A stretch of DNA of 64,000 nt from a virus, in the IMG/VR virus record IMGVR_UViG_3300025000_000007, positions 9,430 through 73,429 of that record, one strand, 5' to 3'. The notes under the pieces are model-generated. The model ran no database searches, had not been told where the DNA came from, and saw only the letters and a program-made list of their open reading frames with translations. Below are positions 38,211 through 49,925 of the stretch, in pieces. The translations under genes were made by a program, and so were the position numbers. Each line of letters starts with the position of its first letter. The stretch's first letter is position 1.

Positions 38211-38985
38211 ATGACGAGGTTTGAGCAAATGATCAGCAGAAAAGGAAGAGCGACAAAAGCAGCACAAATGGAGCAAGCCATAAAGAACGCGAAAACCATA
38301 GAACAAGTATATCAGATCCTAGATTGCAGCCAATTCAGACTTACAAGCCCGGAAGAATGTAAAATTGCACAAGAATGGGCAAGACTTCAAGAAATGAAAG
38401 CAGATCATGGAATCGGCGCATTTGCTCAGGAGGTAACCGCATGACATCTGGAACGCTACCGTCTAAGAAAAGATGCGGGAACTGCTCACATTGGGTTAGA
38501 GTTAATGTCCCTGAACAATTGATGGCATATTGCAAATTTAATGGATGTAGACGGCATAGAGATGGATACACGGGGGTTGATTAAATGTCAGAAGTATGGG
38601 AACTCGTATATAAATGTAGGATGTGTGGAAACACGTTTTCCGGTGCTAGATGGTTCGGTGACGTTTTGGGTAATAGGGCTTACGATGAAAATGGAAGAGA
38701 AACACATCGGCACGAATGTGAGGATGGGAATGTAGGGATTGGGGACATCGTCGGATTTAGGAAAGTCGGAGATGATTAAAAATGTCATATCTTGAAAACA
38801 TGAAAACCGATCTTGAACGAATTAAAGAATTAACTTCTCTTGCAATTAATAATCTTTCGAGGGAAGAATCAATAACAAAATATCAGATGATTATTAATGA
38901 ACTTAATGAGATGGCTGAGAGAGTAACTGATGTGAAACAGAAAGCAAATATAGCTATTCATATGATTGAAACTTACAAAAAATGA
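38211..38985 (+). CDS. Small hypothetical ORFs (38211..38444, 38585..38779 Zn-ribbon, 38782..38985)
   Basis: Co-oriented after promoter copy 3. Confidence 0.5.
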
Positions 38986-39148
38986 GTTGCTATGTGTTTC
39001 TTCCATCTTTTGAACCTGTGAGTGTGGAGAAAATGAATGAAAAAGATGATAATAAATAAAATAGTTGCAGAATTAGATAATAGAGTGGAAACACTTAAAA
39101 AAAATATTAAAGTGAGTTAATCTCACATTTTCGGTTTTTTATATAATA

Positions 39149-41368
39149 TCACAATTCAGTATTATTCGCCTCTATATCGTTTGCCCCGGCGAATAAAAAT
39201 TTCGTGCCCGTCATACCCTTCGCGGTGTTCCCGGCAATCACATTATAATTCGACGTTCCTGCTGTTTTGATAGCCTGCCCCGGAAATCCTCCTGTATCGA
39301 TTATTGTATTATTCTGCATAATGACATTTGATATATCTGTAATCAGTATCCCAGAATAACTGTGGTATGCATAATTACAGTCTATGATGGTATTATTTGA
39401 AATCACCATTGAGTCCGGGGTGAACGAATTTGCATCTACTGAGATACCATTCCACGACGCATTATAGATATTATTTCCTTCGATTACTACATTTGAGTGA
39501 TCCTGATTTAATTTTATCTGGATGGCATCATACGAAATATTGCTAATGTGATTATTTCGGATAACTAACTGTTTAAACGCTTCAATGTGGTATTCGTCAT
39601 CCAGGAATACAATCCCATAGTCTCCACCGTTCTGATAATTATTCTCAATGAACAGTTCCTCATCGATGCACCAATACGCACCCTTATACAGACGAGAATT
39701 TGCTCCCCCATAAAGATAATTGTCAGTTATGATGTGAACTCCACCGTCTATGGTCCCTCTACGTTCTACTGCTCCGTTTCCTCCATAGATTCTATTATTT
39801 CTAAATGTGGAATATTGTGTCCCATCCCAGAATGCAACAGTTGAACCTACGGGCAGATACATAGTATTATCGACTACATCCATATCGATACACATATTAT
39901 GCGCGTCAACACAGCAGGACGTGACTACAATAGCGGCTGTCAGGATATTATTATGTACGGATACTCCTCGGATAAGTGAATTTCTCTCATCTGTATTCAT
40001 TGTTATACAATGTCTACAATTTTCCACATGATTTGAATATATTTCAGCATGTGCAACGCCCGACCAGATCCCTATTCCATATCCAGACGCTCCGCCAGCT
40101 GTTTTTATACTGTCATATACATAATTGTTGAACAGTCTGACATTATATGATGAATATACTGAGATCCCTGCAAGCCCTGCGTTTTCCACCCGGCATCTCG
40201 ATATTGAACTATTGACACAATATCTAATAGATATCCCGTTATGGACCCCGGTTTCGTCTGCGTCAAATATTCTTAGATTTTCGATGTTGACCTCTACGGG
40301 TCTGTATACGTTTACTTTCGGAGTGTCGCCTGTCGCATAATCACGCAATAAATTTTCAGTTAGTGTTATATCGTTGCCTGATACACTCTTAACGCGATAC
40401 ATTTCTCCTGTTAGTTGATCGTCGTAATCATCGGGGCAGTACAATACATTTTTCCAGAGTTTGATTATATCCCCTGCCTGAACGTATGCGCCGTTCGATA
40501 CTTTAATAGTATTGTTGCCAGCGACTGATGTTTCAGTTACGGATAGGTTTTCAACGATGATCTGTCCCTCTAAATAAAGCCCGTTTGTTGTCCCTGCAAC
40601 TACATTTTTATTTATAGTCACTTTCCCTAACCCAATTATATTTAATGATTTCCCGGCACATGATACTCTCCCAGTCCAATTATAAACACCAGGCAGGACG
40701 TAGATAGTAGTTCCCCCATCTGCGGCAGCGAAAGCCTCGCCCCATTTGACATGATCAGATGTTCCTGTGCATTCATATGCTGCGCCAGATCCTGAAGTCC
40801 CGATTGTAATTCCCAGAGCAGCGTCACTGTTTATGACAGTCCCCCCCCCTCCTGCAATTTCGATCCATTCTATGTTATCAGATAAAAATTTAGTACCTGT
40901 GCCCTCTCCTGTAGGGCATAATCCAGGATTGCTAGTGGTCGCATTTAGCGTAGTTACATTATCAGCCACGGCGAGTTCGGTTATTTTTATTGCATCTATC
41001 CCATCTGATTTATGGCTGGCAGCGTGGCCGGTGGGGTATCTATTATCCGCCAATCTGACATCGTTTCCCTCGCATGCCGTCCCAGCAGTAGTCCCAAATG
41101 TCACCCCTCCGACCCCCTCTGGGACTCCCCATGTGATATCATCCCTGAGATATTTTGTTCCGGTCCCCTCACCCTTTGGACATAGTCCATGTTTTGTTGT
41201 GCTGGAGTCAAGGTCAGTGATGTCGGTAGTGGTGCCGAGTTTATCGAGTGCAATTACATCAGTACCCCCAAACTCATGGGCTGCTGAGTGGTCTGGTATG
41301 CTGCTTAGCGCGGCCTCAAAATCCACGGCATTCAATACAATTTTACATTTTCCATCTACGATAGGCAT
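39149..41368 (-). CDS. Tailspike/tail fibre with a right-handed beta-helix
   Basis: N-terminal duplicated H...H...G.D.I and GLCP.GEGTGTK units, then many PbH repeats. Confidence 0.8.
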   Translation of the reverse strand: MPIVDGKCKIVLNAVDFEAALSSIPDHSAAHEFGGTDVIALDKLGTTTDITDLDSSTTKHGLCPKGEGTGTKYLRDDITWGVPEGVGGVTFGTTAGTACEGNDVRLADNRYPTGHAASHKSDGIDAIKITELAVADNVTTLNATTSNPGLCPTGEGTGTKFLSDNIEWIEIAGGGGTVINSDAALGITIGTSGSGAAYECTGTSDHVKWGEAFAAADGGTTIYVLPGVYNWTGRVSCAGKSLNIIGLGKVTINKNVVAGTTNGLYLEGQIIVENLSVTETSVAGNNTIKVSNGAYVQAGDIIKLWKNVLYCPDDYDDQLTGEMYRVKSVSGNDITLTENLLRDYATGDTPKVNVYRPVEVNIENLRIFDADETGVHNGISIRYCVNSSISRCRVENAGLAGISVYSSYNVRLFNNYVYDSIKTAGGASGYGIGIWSGVAHAEIYSNHVENCRHCITMNTDERNSLIRGVSVHNNILTAAIVVTSCCVDAHNMCIDMDVVDNTMYLPVGSTVAFWDGTQYSTFRNNRIYGGNGAVERRGTIDGGVHIITDNYLYGGANSRLYKGAYWCIDEELFIENNYQNGGDYGIVFLDDEYHIEAFKQLVIRNNHISNISYDAIQIKLNQDHSNVVIEGNNIYNASWNGISVDANSFTPDSMVISNNTIIDCNYAYHSYSGILITDISNVIMQNNTIIDTGGFPGQAIKTAGTSNYNVIAGNTAKGMTGTKFLFAGANDIEANNTEL

Positions 41369-41380
41369 GTTTTTAACCTC

Positions 41381-41608
41381 TCATTCGATTGCGTAATAAT
41401 TTCCTCTTCCGTCGGGAATTATTGTCGATCTATCCCCGTCCGTCGCGTTGGCCAGTTTCAGCAGGCAGTAATCTCCCCCGGGCATCGGGAACAATAGGAC
41501 GTTGTCGCCGGGGGCTGGATCGCTCAGTTTTTGAAAGACATAGTGTCCGTCACTTGTGGGGAGCATGACTCCCTGGGACCCTTCTACAATTTCAGTTATG
41601 GCCGTCAC
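41381..41608 (-). CDS. Small tail protein
   Basis: Position; internal repeat. Confidence 0.5.
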   Translation of the reverse strand: MTAITEIVEGSQGVMLPTSDGHYVFQKLSDPAPGDNVLLFPMPGGDYCLLKLANATDGDRSTIIPDGRGNYYAIE

Positions 41609-41647
41609 AGTAATCCCCGGTTCCGTCGCCTGCGATATATTTCACGG

Positions 41648-44248
41648 TCATGATAGCCGCACCGTGACCAGTTTGCCGGACGCAGTTTGCACAACAGCAG
41701 TACCTGCCACGTCATCTTTCGACAGAATGGTGCACACTTCAGGGGTCAACTGTTTTTTGACTGTATCCTCTACAATACTCTGTACCGTGCTTGTTGTATC
41801 GTCCGACATCGGTTTGAGATACCCAGGCGCGATATACTGATTGTAGGGAGCCAGGACAACAGGATCGGCGGATGAATAAATATAGTCAGAAATTGCCTTT
41901 ATTTCGCAGGTTTCTGTCATGTGCGAAGAGCGATAAACTATCCGTGAAATCCGTAGCCAAGACGGGCGTGGGACTCCGGAAACATCAATCATGTGAGTAC
42001 TGTTCGCTTCGTCCCTGGGATCGTAGGCGACCACATAGGGGAGCTGGACGGAGTTAGTAAGGTTCCGGAGTTCCTTTTGAAACCCTGAGCCAAATCTGAT
42101 GCGTTGATAAAGTTCAAGATCGAACCGGTTAACAAACTTCATTGTCACAGTTGCCCTCGGGGCTGCAAAATAGAGGAGCCATTTTATAGCCTCGGTCTCG
42201 GCCGTGCTTTCCCTTTCCTCGATACTGTTATCATTGACTATATACTCCCTGGGGAGTTCCAACCCCTCGTACACTGCCGGGGTATATGCAGCGGCAACGG
42301 TAGTTTCTCCGGTACTCGTTATCGTACCGTACACTATCACCGTATTGTATTTTTCATCCTGTTCTCCGGCAACCTCCGGATCATTGATTATCGAGGGATC
42401 AGGCGCTACAAACTCTATCGGGTGGGGGAGGTCAAACCCTCCATAGGTTTGATCTATATCTGCTGCATGGACTAGATACAGGGTGGGGGAAAGGACAGGG
42501 TGAGTATCAACAATATATTCTTTTATTTTTATGTTCAGGATCGACCCAATGTACTCCGCTATTTTTTTTATTGCATCGTACCGGCTGGTCTTTGGGTCAA
42601 AAATAAACTGCCTGTCTGGGGTCCCGGAATCAATTATATTCCCTGCCCTTACACCCGTTTTTGATGTCCCGATTAATTCCGAAATCCACAAATCCCATGC
42701 AGAAAACGCGCCAGCGAGCGAGATCACCTGATAATTCCAGGGTATTTTCTGGACTGAGAGATTCCTGGACTGATCCGCTGCAAACATTTTCGCAGTGTTT
42801 CCCAAAAAGTGAATGGAGGGGGTGACTGAGATCACTTTTCCGACGAAAAGCAGCGTGCCATAAACGGGGAGAGAATAATAATCATCAGTATACACAGGGT
42901 AGCCGTCGTCTGTTTCCACCAGATACCCATCTGCAGTATAGAGCGGGAACTCGTCTGGGATTTCCGAGGTCATAACCGGGAAACCATCATCAGTATAAAT
43001 TGGATATCCGTCCTCAGTGTAAATCGGGAAATTCCGGGCAGACTCCAACGCATCGTGAGCGTAATATTTGACCGTGGACCCTTCGCCCTGGACAACATCG
43101 TCGGCAAATTCGGCTGATAGTTGAGTATATGCGTCTGATATCGCTTTTGTAATCTCGCATGAAATCAAAGAATAGTCCCTGAGCTCGCGCCGTTCTATTA
43201 TCTCTCCGTCCACCGCTGATACTGATACCGAAACATTGTCGGTTATTTGATCAGGTTGCCCGATCATAAACCCGGATGATACTTTTATTGATACAGTATC
43301 AAAAAAATAATCTTTTACCGAACTTTGAGTAGAAACAACCACGGCGGCAGCGTCTGAAAAATAATCACTCTGCTGCAAATATCCGTTTTGTGTTTGAATA
43401 TATTTTTTATTAAGTGAGATTACCGGTTCAGTGGCTGCATATTTCCGGACCCTGACCCAATCCGCGCGGACATATCCTGCCCCATAATACGCATAGATCT
43501 CAATCGGTAGGGCTCCAGATCCCGGCGGGGTGGTCGTGATGGTTCCACGGTAGGCATAATTGACATAAAACCGTGGGCTGTTGAGTACATGAGCAACCCC
43601 ATACACATTATAGGCAGTCCCCGACCGGTTCACACCGTCGTCGTCCCAATCTCCGGAACTGCCACTGTGAGCAAAACGGTGATCTGTCAGGAGACTACCT
43701 GCCGCCCCCTGCCATGCTGCGGCCTTTTGGGTGCTATCGTTTCGAAAACCGAGTGGACCTCGCTGTCCAGATTGGTGTGCAGCTCGGATTTCAACCAATG
43801 AGTTGAGGGGGAATGTGTTTTTGCTCTCGATGTATCCACTAAGAGAGGAGTGCTGGAGGGTTAATATCGAATTTGATACCGTCCCCCCACTGCCTCCGAT
43901 GGTCCAGAGTGCTGTATTTATGGTCGTTCCCGCGAAGTCGTCCCAGAAATCGAACACATCTGCCCCGGAACTTGCAGATTGTACGTTTCCGTTGCCATAA
44001 TACATGTATATCCGGCTGTCGTTTGCTGGCAACTTGACCCAAAATTTCGCGGTGGAGAACGCGGTATAGGACTCTCGATAATGTTTTAGTGGGTTTCCAT
44101 GTTTGTCTGCAAACCTAACATCACGAAAATCTAACCTCATTCCGGGCAAAAATCGCAGATTGAATGATGCCTGAAACCCTGCGGTACTGGGTGGGTTTTG
44201 AACCGTTAATGAATATTTATATTTCCACAATTGATATATATTTGTCAT
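41648..44248 (-). CDS. DUF2341-domain tail hub/baseplate protein
   Basis: DFRDVRF...FWVK...IYMYYGN...VFDFWDDF...DWVRVRKY..EP; acidic YTxDG repeats. Confidence 0.75.
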   Translation of the reverse strand: MTNIYQLWKYKYSLTVQNPPSTAGFQASFNLRFLPGMRLDFRDVRFADKHGNPLKHYRESYTAFSTAKFWVKLPANDSRIYMYYGNGNVQSASSGADVFDFWDDFAGTTINTALWTIGGSGGTVSNSILTLQHSSLSGYIESKNTFPLNSLVEIRAAHQSGQRGPLGFRNDSTQKAAAWQGAAGSLLTDHRFAHSGSSGDWDDDGVNRSGTAYNVYGVAHVLNSPRFYVNYAYRGTITTTPPGSGALPIEIYAYYGAGYVRADWVRVRKYAATEPVISLNKKYIQTQNGYLQQSDYFSDAAAVVVSTQSSVKDYFFDTVSIKVSSGFMIGQPDQITDNVSVSVSAVDGEIIERRELRDYSLISCEITKAISDAYTQLSAEFADDVVQGEGSTVKYYAHDALESARNFPIYTEDGYPIYTDDGFPVMTSEIPDEFPLYTADGYLVETDDGYPVYTDDYYSLPVYGTLLFVGKVISVTPSIHFLGNTAKMFAADQSRNLSVQKIPWNYQVISLAGAFSAWDLWISELIGTSKTGVRAGNIIDSGTPDRQFIFDPKTSRYDAIKKIAEYIGSILNIKIKEYIVDTHPVLSPTLYLVHAADIDQTYGGFDLPHPIEFVAPDPSIINDPEVAGEQDEKYNTVIVYGTITSTGETTVAAAYTPAVYEGLELPREYIVNDNSIEERESTAETEAIKWLLYFAAPRATVTMKFVNRFDLELYQRIRFGSGFQKELRNLTNSVQLPYVVAYDPRDEANSTHMIDVSGVPRPSWLRISRIVYRSSHMTETCEIKAISDYIYSSADPVVLAPYNQYIAPGYLKPMSDDTTSTVQSIVEDTVKKQLTPEVCTILSKDDVAGTAVVQTASGKLVTVRLS

Positions 44249-45353
44249 GCCTGAGCCTGCACAATTGCGTATATGCTTACTCCTGTGATGCTTTGACCGC
44301 TTGCATTGACAACTTTCACTTTCACATACTTCCCTGCCCTGTTCATCTGGACCAGGCCGCTTATCGTCTTCCCAGCGGCCACCGCGATATCGTAGGAATC
44401 TACAGCAACATCATTAGCACCGATGGAAAACGCAGCATTTGCCCCGGTTGGGTCGGCATACAGTTCAATCCTAACGTAGCCCGTAGTTGTTGCAGACGCA
44501 CTGAATGCCATCGAGAAACCAATGGAAAAATCAATAGCTCCGGACAAGTTAACACTATTAGCTGAAACTGCCGGGGTACTCGTCGTTATCGTGGCATTTG
44601 AGATAAGAGTTTGAGGTGTTTTTGCAAGTGCCATTTAAGCCCTCGTGAATGGGATCGTAACTGTAAATTCAGCAGCATCACCGTCTGAGTAATTGCGGTT
44701 TGCAGCCAGTACCCTCCTGTACAGGAGATGCCCTCCAGAAGGGGCATCAAAAATACCCACCTCCCTGACTGTAACATTGCCGGAAAATGAAAACAGCGCA
44801 TTGAAGGAAGCCGTGCCTGGGGAGGTATAAGCACACGTTGCCTGTTTCCTTGCTGCGCCTAGTGTTGTGTTTTCAGCTCCAAGTGATGTGTTAGATGTGG
44901 ACTCGGCTGTTGAATCGGTGCCTATAGCGATATACGTAAATTCACTATCAACTAATCCATTAAGGTTTTTTGCAATATATTCCAGTCCCGTGTTTGTGAT
45001 CGTTCCCATTAATACTCATCCGCCTGTCTAAATTCAATCGAATATGTCCATACACCAGACCCTTCAGCAACTTCCCAGATATCTGAAATCTGATACACAT
45101 AACATCTAAAATAACTCGCTCCGTCTACAATCAAAGTTGAATAATACTCATTTATCAGGCCCTCGACTATCGAGAGCTCGGAATCCGTTTCAGCATAACA
45201 AAAAAAAGTTTTGGGGAATTGGATTATTTTTGTAGACCGTGAAACGTGAATATCTCCAGAGAGCAATTCGGTTTCTTTTGTTGCTCGTGAAAGCGTTTTT
45301 TTAGGGGTCTGCCAGTTTCGTAGAGATACCCCCGCAAATATCACAGTACTCAT
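44245..45353 (-). CDS. Three minor tail proteins (44245..44634, 44635..45009, 45009..45353)
   Basis: Located after the tape measure; 44635..45009 has ITNTG...YIAIG...EVGIF..G.LL typical of tail-collar domains. Confidence 0.7.
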
Positions 45354-48091
45354 GAGAATATCCCCTTCCTGCGCCTGTCGTCAGCAATTGAAGATTTTAC
45401 CGCGTTGATTATTGCCTGCAGGTCGGAATCATTTCTGACATAGTTTGGCCCGATCGAATACCTACTTCCCTCATAATTTGTTGATGAGTTTGATACACTT
45501 GAAACGTTTTTAAGTCCGGTACTCATACCAGAATCAAGCGGGCCCCTTACACTTGAAAGCGCACTTGAGAGGGGGGTTGATAGTTTCCGAATAGAGTTTA
45601 TGGATTTTGTCAATGGATCAAGAAATATAAAATCCCAGTTCGGGAGCTCTTTAAACGGTCCCTCTTTCGCGGGGCTGTTGGGTAGGAGCCTCTTAAGGCC
45701 GCTTGCTGCTTCAGCGAGGGAAACTTTGGCTTTTGTTCCGGCTGATGAGATCGCTGTTGATAAAGATTTACCAAGAGAGGATGCTGAAGAACTTGACAGA
45801 CTAGATAACGAGCTGCTTATACTTGCCTGCGCCCCGGACACCGCTGATTTAATTTTATTGACCTGCGCCACTGCTGAATTATACAAAGTACTAAGCGCGT
45901 TAAGGATTCCATCACTTAGGGATTTAACAAAACTGGAACCAACCGATGATAAATTTACACTGAGTGCACTTTTAATGGCAGTTGGTATACTCTTAACTTT
46001 TGTAATTATATTAGTCGCTGCCGTGATGATCAAATTATATATATTGTTCCATTGAGTCCGCCACGAGTTAAGTAAACTAACGACGGCCGAGACAATTGAA
46101 TTAAAAACATTCCTCAAATTATTATATAACGATGTGATTAGACTGTGCAAAGTGCTAGATGCTGATGAGGTAGCACTATTAAAAATATTCCAGTTTGATC
46201 TCCATGTATTGAGAAGGAAACTAACGGATGATATAATTAAATTGAATATGTTGCGAAGTCCATTATATAGCCCCGTAGCAACTGAAACTATCATTCCTGA
46301 TATAGTCGAGTACGCATTTTTGAGTGCGTCCCATACCACACCAAACTGTTGTTTTAGAGTGGAAACACTCATTATAATAGCGTGCCATGTATACTCAAGC
46401 TGTTGCCAAAGTGCGTTTGCCTGAGACTTGAGCCATGCCCAAGCAGCAGCAGCTTTTCCCTGAATGTCCCACCAATTCTGAGTCCATGCGACAACAAGGA
46501 GACCAACTACAGCTATAATTGCAAGGATCGGTATATTTATTGCTGCTAATACCCCTGCCATTGCAGGTGCTACCCCTGCCAATACGCCACCGGTTGCAAA
46601 CAGAGCAGCGAACGCGCTGAATGCTGTTGATATTGTCCCGACTGCTGTTATTACTGATCCAATTATTATAAGGAGAGGACCAAGAGCCGCGATAAATGCA
46701 ATGAATCCGAGGATTACAAGTTTTACAGGCTGTGGAAGTGCGTTAAATCCTTCTGCGATGCTTCCTATGATTGGGATAATATATTCAAGTGCAGGGACTA
46801 ATGTATCAGTTACAAGCGGGACAAGAGTATCTTGAAGAATCGGTATGAATTTATCACCCATTTCTATAGTTAATGAGGCGAGTGTGGCTTTTATTTCATT
46901 GAGTGACTGTGTGGAGGTTTCCGACATCGTTGCATATGCTGCACCCGTTGCCCCCATAGAATTACCCATCTCACCCAATACACCGGTGTATATTCTTCCC
47001 TCATCGGCAGATAAAGCCAGTATAGCATTTCCGGCTTCCTGAGATCCAAAATAATCCGACACCCTCGCTTTCGTATCTCCAAACTTAACCCCCATCATTT
47101 CAAGTGCCTGTTCGATGGTTCCCCCGCCTTTTCGGAAATCGTCAAACGTTTGACCAGTCAAATCTTGGAAATCGAGTGCGAGAGCTGAAGTTGGATCTGA
47201 CAACTCAAACATTGCCTTTCCCATTTCTTCAGCACTTGGGACAGTTTTCAACATCCCGTCGTTCATTATTTGAATCGCTTGATCTAAAGTGCCGCCGGAT
47301 GCTATAAACTCAGGGAATGATTTGCCAGAAAGTTCTTTAAATCTGTCTGCTGCGACGGACCCCTCTTTAGATAGTTCTGATAATAACTGTTTTAATTGAG
47401 TCGTTGCCTCACTGGTAGGGATGCCTTGCAATGTCATGGCTGCAAGTGCGGAAACAATATCTCCAAAAGGTATTTTCAGAGATGCAGCAACCGACCCAAC
47501 GTTTTTATAAGAATCTGAAAGTTCTTCAATTGTTGTTTTCCCTAGCCTCATGCCGGTAATCATTATATCTGATGCTTGGCCGGCTGAAATTACATCTGAT
47601 CCATAAGAGTTTACAACACTTGTCAGCCCGTCCACTACTGTAGTAATGTCTGTAGCTCCGGCTATTGCAAGTTTTGAAGCGACTGTTAAAAAATCAAAAA
47701 CGTTATTAGGGGGGACACCTGCGCTTAGAGATTGATATAGAGCAGGAACTACAGTTTCAGGGAGAATCCCCATTTCTTTTGAAAAATCAAGAACGTCCTG
47801 AGTCATTGAATCCATTGCTGACTGGGATGCATTTGGCAGGAGAGTAAAAACCTCAGCCATCGACTTTTCAAAATCAACCGCCTGTTTGGTTACAAGTGCG
47901 ATTCCTGCACCGGCTGCAAGTATAGGGGCAGTTATTCCGGCAGTCATTCCAGCACCGGCTGAACTCATGCTTTTGCCAACACTGGAAAGTTTTGTACCAA
48001 CGTTTCCAATCTCGGTCTGAACTTGAGCGAATGTTTTGCTCAGTTCTTTCATGTCTCCGATAATGGATACGATTAGTTCACCGACTGCCAT
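45350..48091 (-). CDS. Tape measure protein (TP901-like)
   Basis: ALYQSLSAG, GKTTIEEL, Ala/Ser-rich, Trp-periodic repeats. Confidence 0.92.
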   Translation of the reverse strand: MAVGELIVSIIGDMKELSKTFAQVQTEIGNVGTKLSSVGKSMSSAGAGMTAGITAPILAAGAGIALVTKQAVDFEKSMAEVFTLLPNASQSAMDSMTQDVLDFSKEMGILPETVVPALYQSLSAGVPPNNVFDFLTVASKLAIAGATDITTVVDGLTSVVNSYGSDVISAGQASDIMITGMRLGKTTIEELSDSYKNVGSVAASLKIPFGDIVSALAAMTLQGIPTSEATTQLKQLLSELSKEGSVAADRFKELSGKSFPEFIASGGTLDQAIQIMNDGMLKTVPSAEEMGKAMFELSDPTSALALDFQDLTGQTFDDFRKGGGTIEQALEMMGVKFGDTKARVSDYFGSQEAGNAILALSADEGRIYTGVLGEMGNSMGATGAAYATMSETSTQSLNEIKATLASLTIEMGDKFIPILQDTLVPLVTDTLVPALEYIIPIIGSIAEGFNALPQPVKLVILGFIAFIAALGPLLIIIGSVITAVGTISTAFSAFAALFATGGVLAGVAPAMAGVLAAINIPILAIIAVVGLLVVAWTQNWWDIQGKAAAAWAWLKSQANALWQQLEYTWHAIIMSVSTLKQQFGVVWDALKNAYSTISGMIVSVATGLYNGLRNIFNLIISSVSFLLNTWRSNWNIFNSATSSASSTLHSLITSLYNNLRNVFNSIVSAVVSLLNSWRTQWNNIYNLIITAATNIITKVKSIPTAIKSALSVNLSSVGSSFVKSLSDGILNALSTLYNSAVAQVNKIKSAVSGAQASISSSLSSLSSSSASSLGKSLSTAISSAGTKAKVSLAEAASGLKRLLPNSPAKEGPFKELPNWDFIFLDPLTKSINSIRKLSTPLSSALSSVRGPLDSGMSTGLKNVSSVSNSSTNYEGSRYSIGPNYVRNDSDLQAIINAVKSSIADDRRRKGIFS

Positions 48092-48094
48092 TTT

Positions 48095-48738
48095 TTACCT
48101 CGAAACCTGCCAAGCACCGTTCTTTATTGCTCCATCTGGATGCAATTCTTTGAATTTATCGACACTTATTATTTTTTTATCGTCGCCTGCTATCAATTGG
48201 CCAAGAACTCCAAAAAATACCCGAGCGTCTGTCTTTTTAGCTTCCCACCCGTACCGGTGATACAAAACCAACTGATCCAGACTGCAAAAATCAAGGAGAT
48301 AATCCGGTTTCGCCCAGGAAAACATAATTCCGAGCTGGGTGATTATCTCCCAAATACTTAGTTTTTTGAGTACCCGCCTTCTCCGGGGCTCGTCTCTGCC
48401 CCTACGCCGGTGTTGTTCACGGAGGCGAATACATATTGTACAAATGCCATTAATGTCCCTATGTCGACGTTGTTAAGCATCCATTCTTTTGTCACTGTTT
48501 TGTTAGATCTCTGACAAACCATAGAAACGATATCAAGAGTATCGCCCAGGACATCAAGGTCCAGAGTTTCATCAGTCATGGATTCCATTTTTCGGACATC
48601 GTGCTTTTTTGAGAAACTGATAAATTCCAAAGCTGCACGAGCAGGAATAAAAGTTACATCGACTTCTTCCCCTCTTAGTTTTGCGATTCGTTTTGGAGGG
48701 GAAAGGATGTCGAAATCTTTTAGCAGGGAATCACTCAT
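48095..48738 (-). CDS. Tail assembly chaperone (48358..48738) with a -1 frameshift extension to 48095
   Basis: Slippery A AAA AAC at 48367-48361 immediately before TAA; -1 frame open (KKLSIWEIITQLGIMFSWAKPD). Confidence 0.8.
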
Positions 48739-49541
48739 GCTGTAACACCCTGTTCATCAACAATTGTAAAGAGTTGTGCTCCGGCGGTTAGGGTGGGGTC
48801 ACATACACCAATCAGGGTAATTTCGGGCATCATTGGCTCATCTCCATCATCAGCCGGAAATTCAAGTTTTATCCCGCCTTCTGTGGTTGCACTGTAGACA
48901 GTTATCTCGAATTTCTTACCGGCTGAATCGGTGTTGGTGAGTCTCACAACTTTAGGAGTAATTGTGTTAAGTCCACCTGAAGAAAGTGATCTGGATGCAG
49001 ATGGTGTATACGTATAATTAATCTTGATGCCTTCCCCGGTTGAAATCACAGCAGACGCGGAAACCCTGGCAATACATGTCCATCCCTCCGAATCCACATA
49101 CAAAACATAATCAGTATTCTGTACGGCTGCATTGTCTGATGCGTCCGTAACTGTGACCCCTGTAACAACTGTCCCTGCCCCGTTCTTGTGGTCGAGTCTT
49201 ACGCCCGTTGTCCCTGTCAGTGTGTGCGTTTCCCCGGTGACCGCAGTTGAATCTCCTGCGACGGCTGCATAGGTATCCATCCCGCCCCTGAGAGTATTCA
49301 GGTTTGCGAGGTTGACCTCCATGATCGAAAATGTCACCGATGCTTCATGATTTCTAACAGCTATCTGAGATTTTGGGGCATTATCTGGTGCCAGATAAAC
49401 TACATCGAATTTTTCCTCGAATTTGACTCCCTGTGCTGCTCCCAGGTTGACAAGTGATCCGACTGTCGCGCCTACTTCCACTTTTGCAGATCCAAACCGG
49501 ATTTGATTCGAATCCTGAACTGTTGTTTGGTATGTAGTCAT
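48735..49541 (-). CDS. Major tail tube protein
   Basis: Position; IRFGSAKVEVG...NLGA..GV.F. Confidence 0.8.
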   Translation of the reverse strand: MTTYQTTVQDSNQIRFGSAKVEVGATVGSLVNLGAAQGVKFEEKFDVVYLAPDNAPKSQIAVRNHEASVTFSIMEVNLANLNTLRGGMDTYAAVAGDSTAVTGETHTLTGTTGVRLDHKNGAGTVVTGVTVTDASDNAAVQNTDYVLYVDSEGWTCIARVSASAVISTGEGIKINYTYTPSASRSLSSGGLNTITPKVVRLTNTDSAGKKFEITVYSATTEGGIKLEFPADDGDEPMMPEITLIGVCDPTLTAGAQLFTIVDEQGVTA

Positions 49542-49550
49542 TTTTAGACC

Positions 49551-49925
49551 TCATTTTTTATAAATAACTTTGAAATCGTATGGGATGTGATAAACTCCAG
49601 TTTCCGATTCATATAAATCAGGAGCTTCCAGAGGGATTATTCTGATAATTGTAATACCACTTATAGTGCCTGCATAGCCATCCAGAGCAGTTTCAACTAC
49701 CTGTTTGAGATTTTGGCACTCTAAATAATCTTCTGTCCAGCAGGATATCTGAAAACGTGGCACTCCGGCAATCTGTTTATATTTGTTTGAAATTTTTGAG
49801 AATGATAACGCAGGTAGTGCGCAATCCAGCGGCAGGACTGCCGGATAGACACGAGTACCTACGAGCGCATAAACGCCTGAATTTGCTACCAGGATTGCTC
49901 GAACTGCCTCGTCTATTGTGGTCAT
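49551..49925 (-). CDS. Tail terminator (DUF3168-like)
   Basis: LVGTRVYP..LP....P...RFQISCW. Confidence 0.8.
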   Translation of the reverse strand: MTTIDEAVRAILVANSGVYALVGTRVYPAVLPLDCALPALSFSKISNKYKQIAGVPRFQISCWTEDYLECQNLKQVVETALDGYAGTISGITIIRIIPLEAPDLYESETGVYHIPYDFKVIYKK

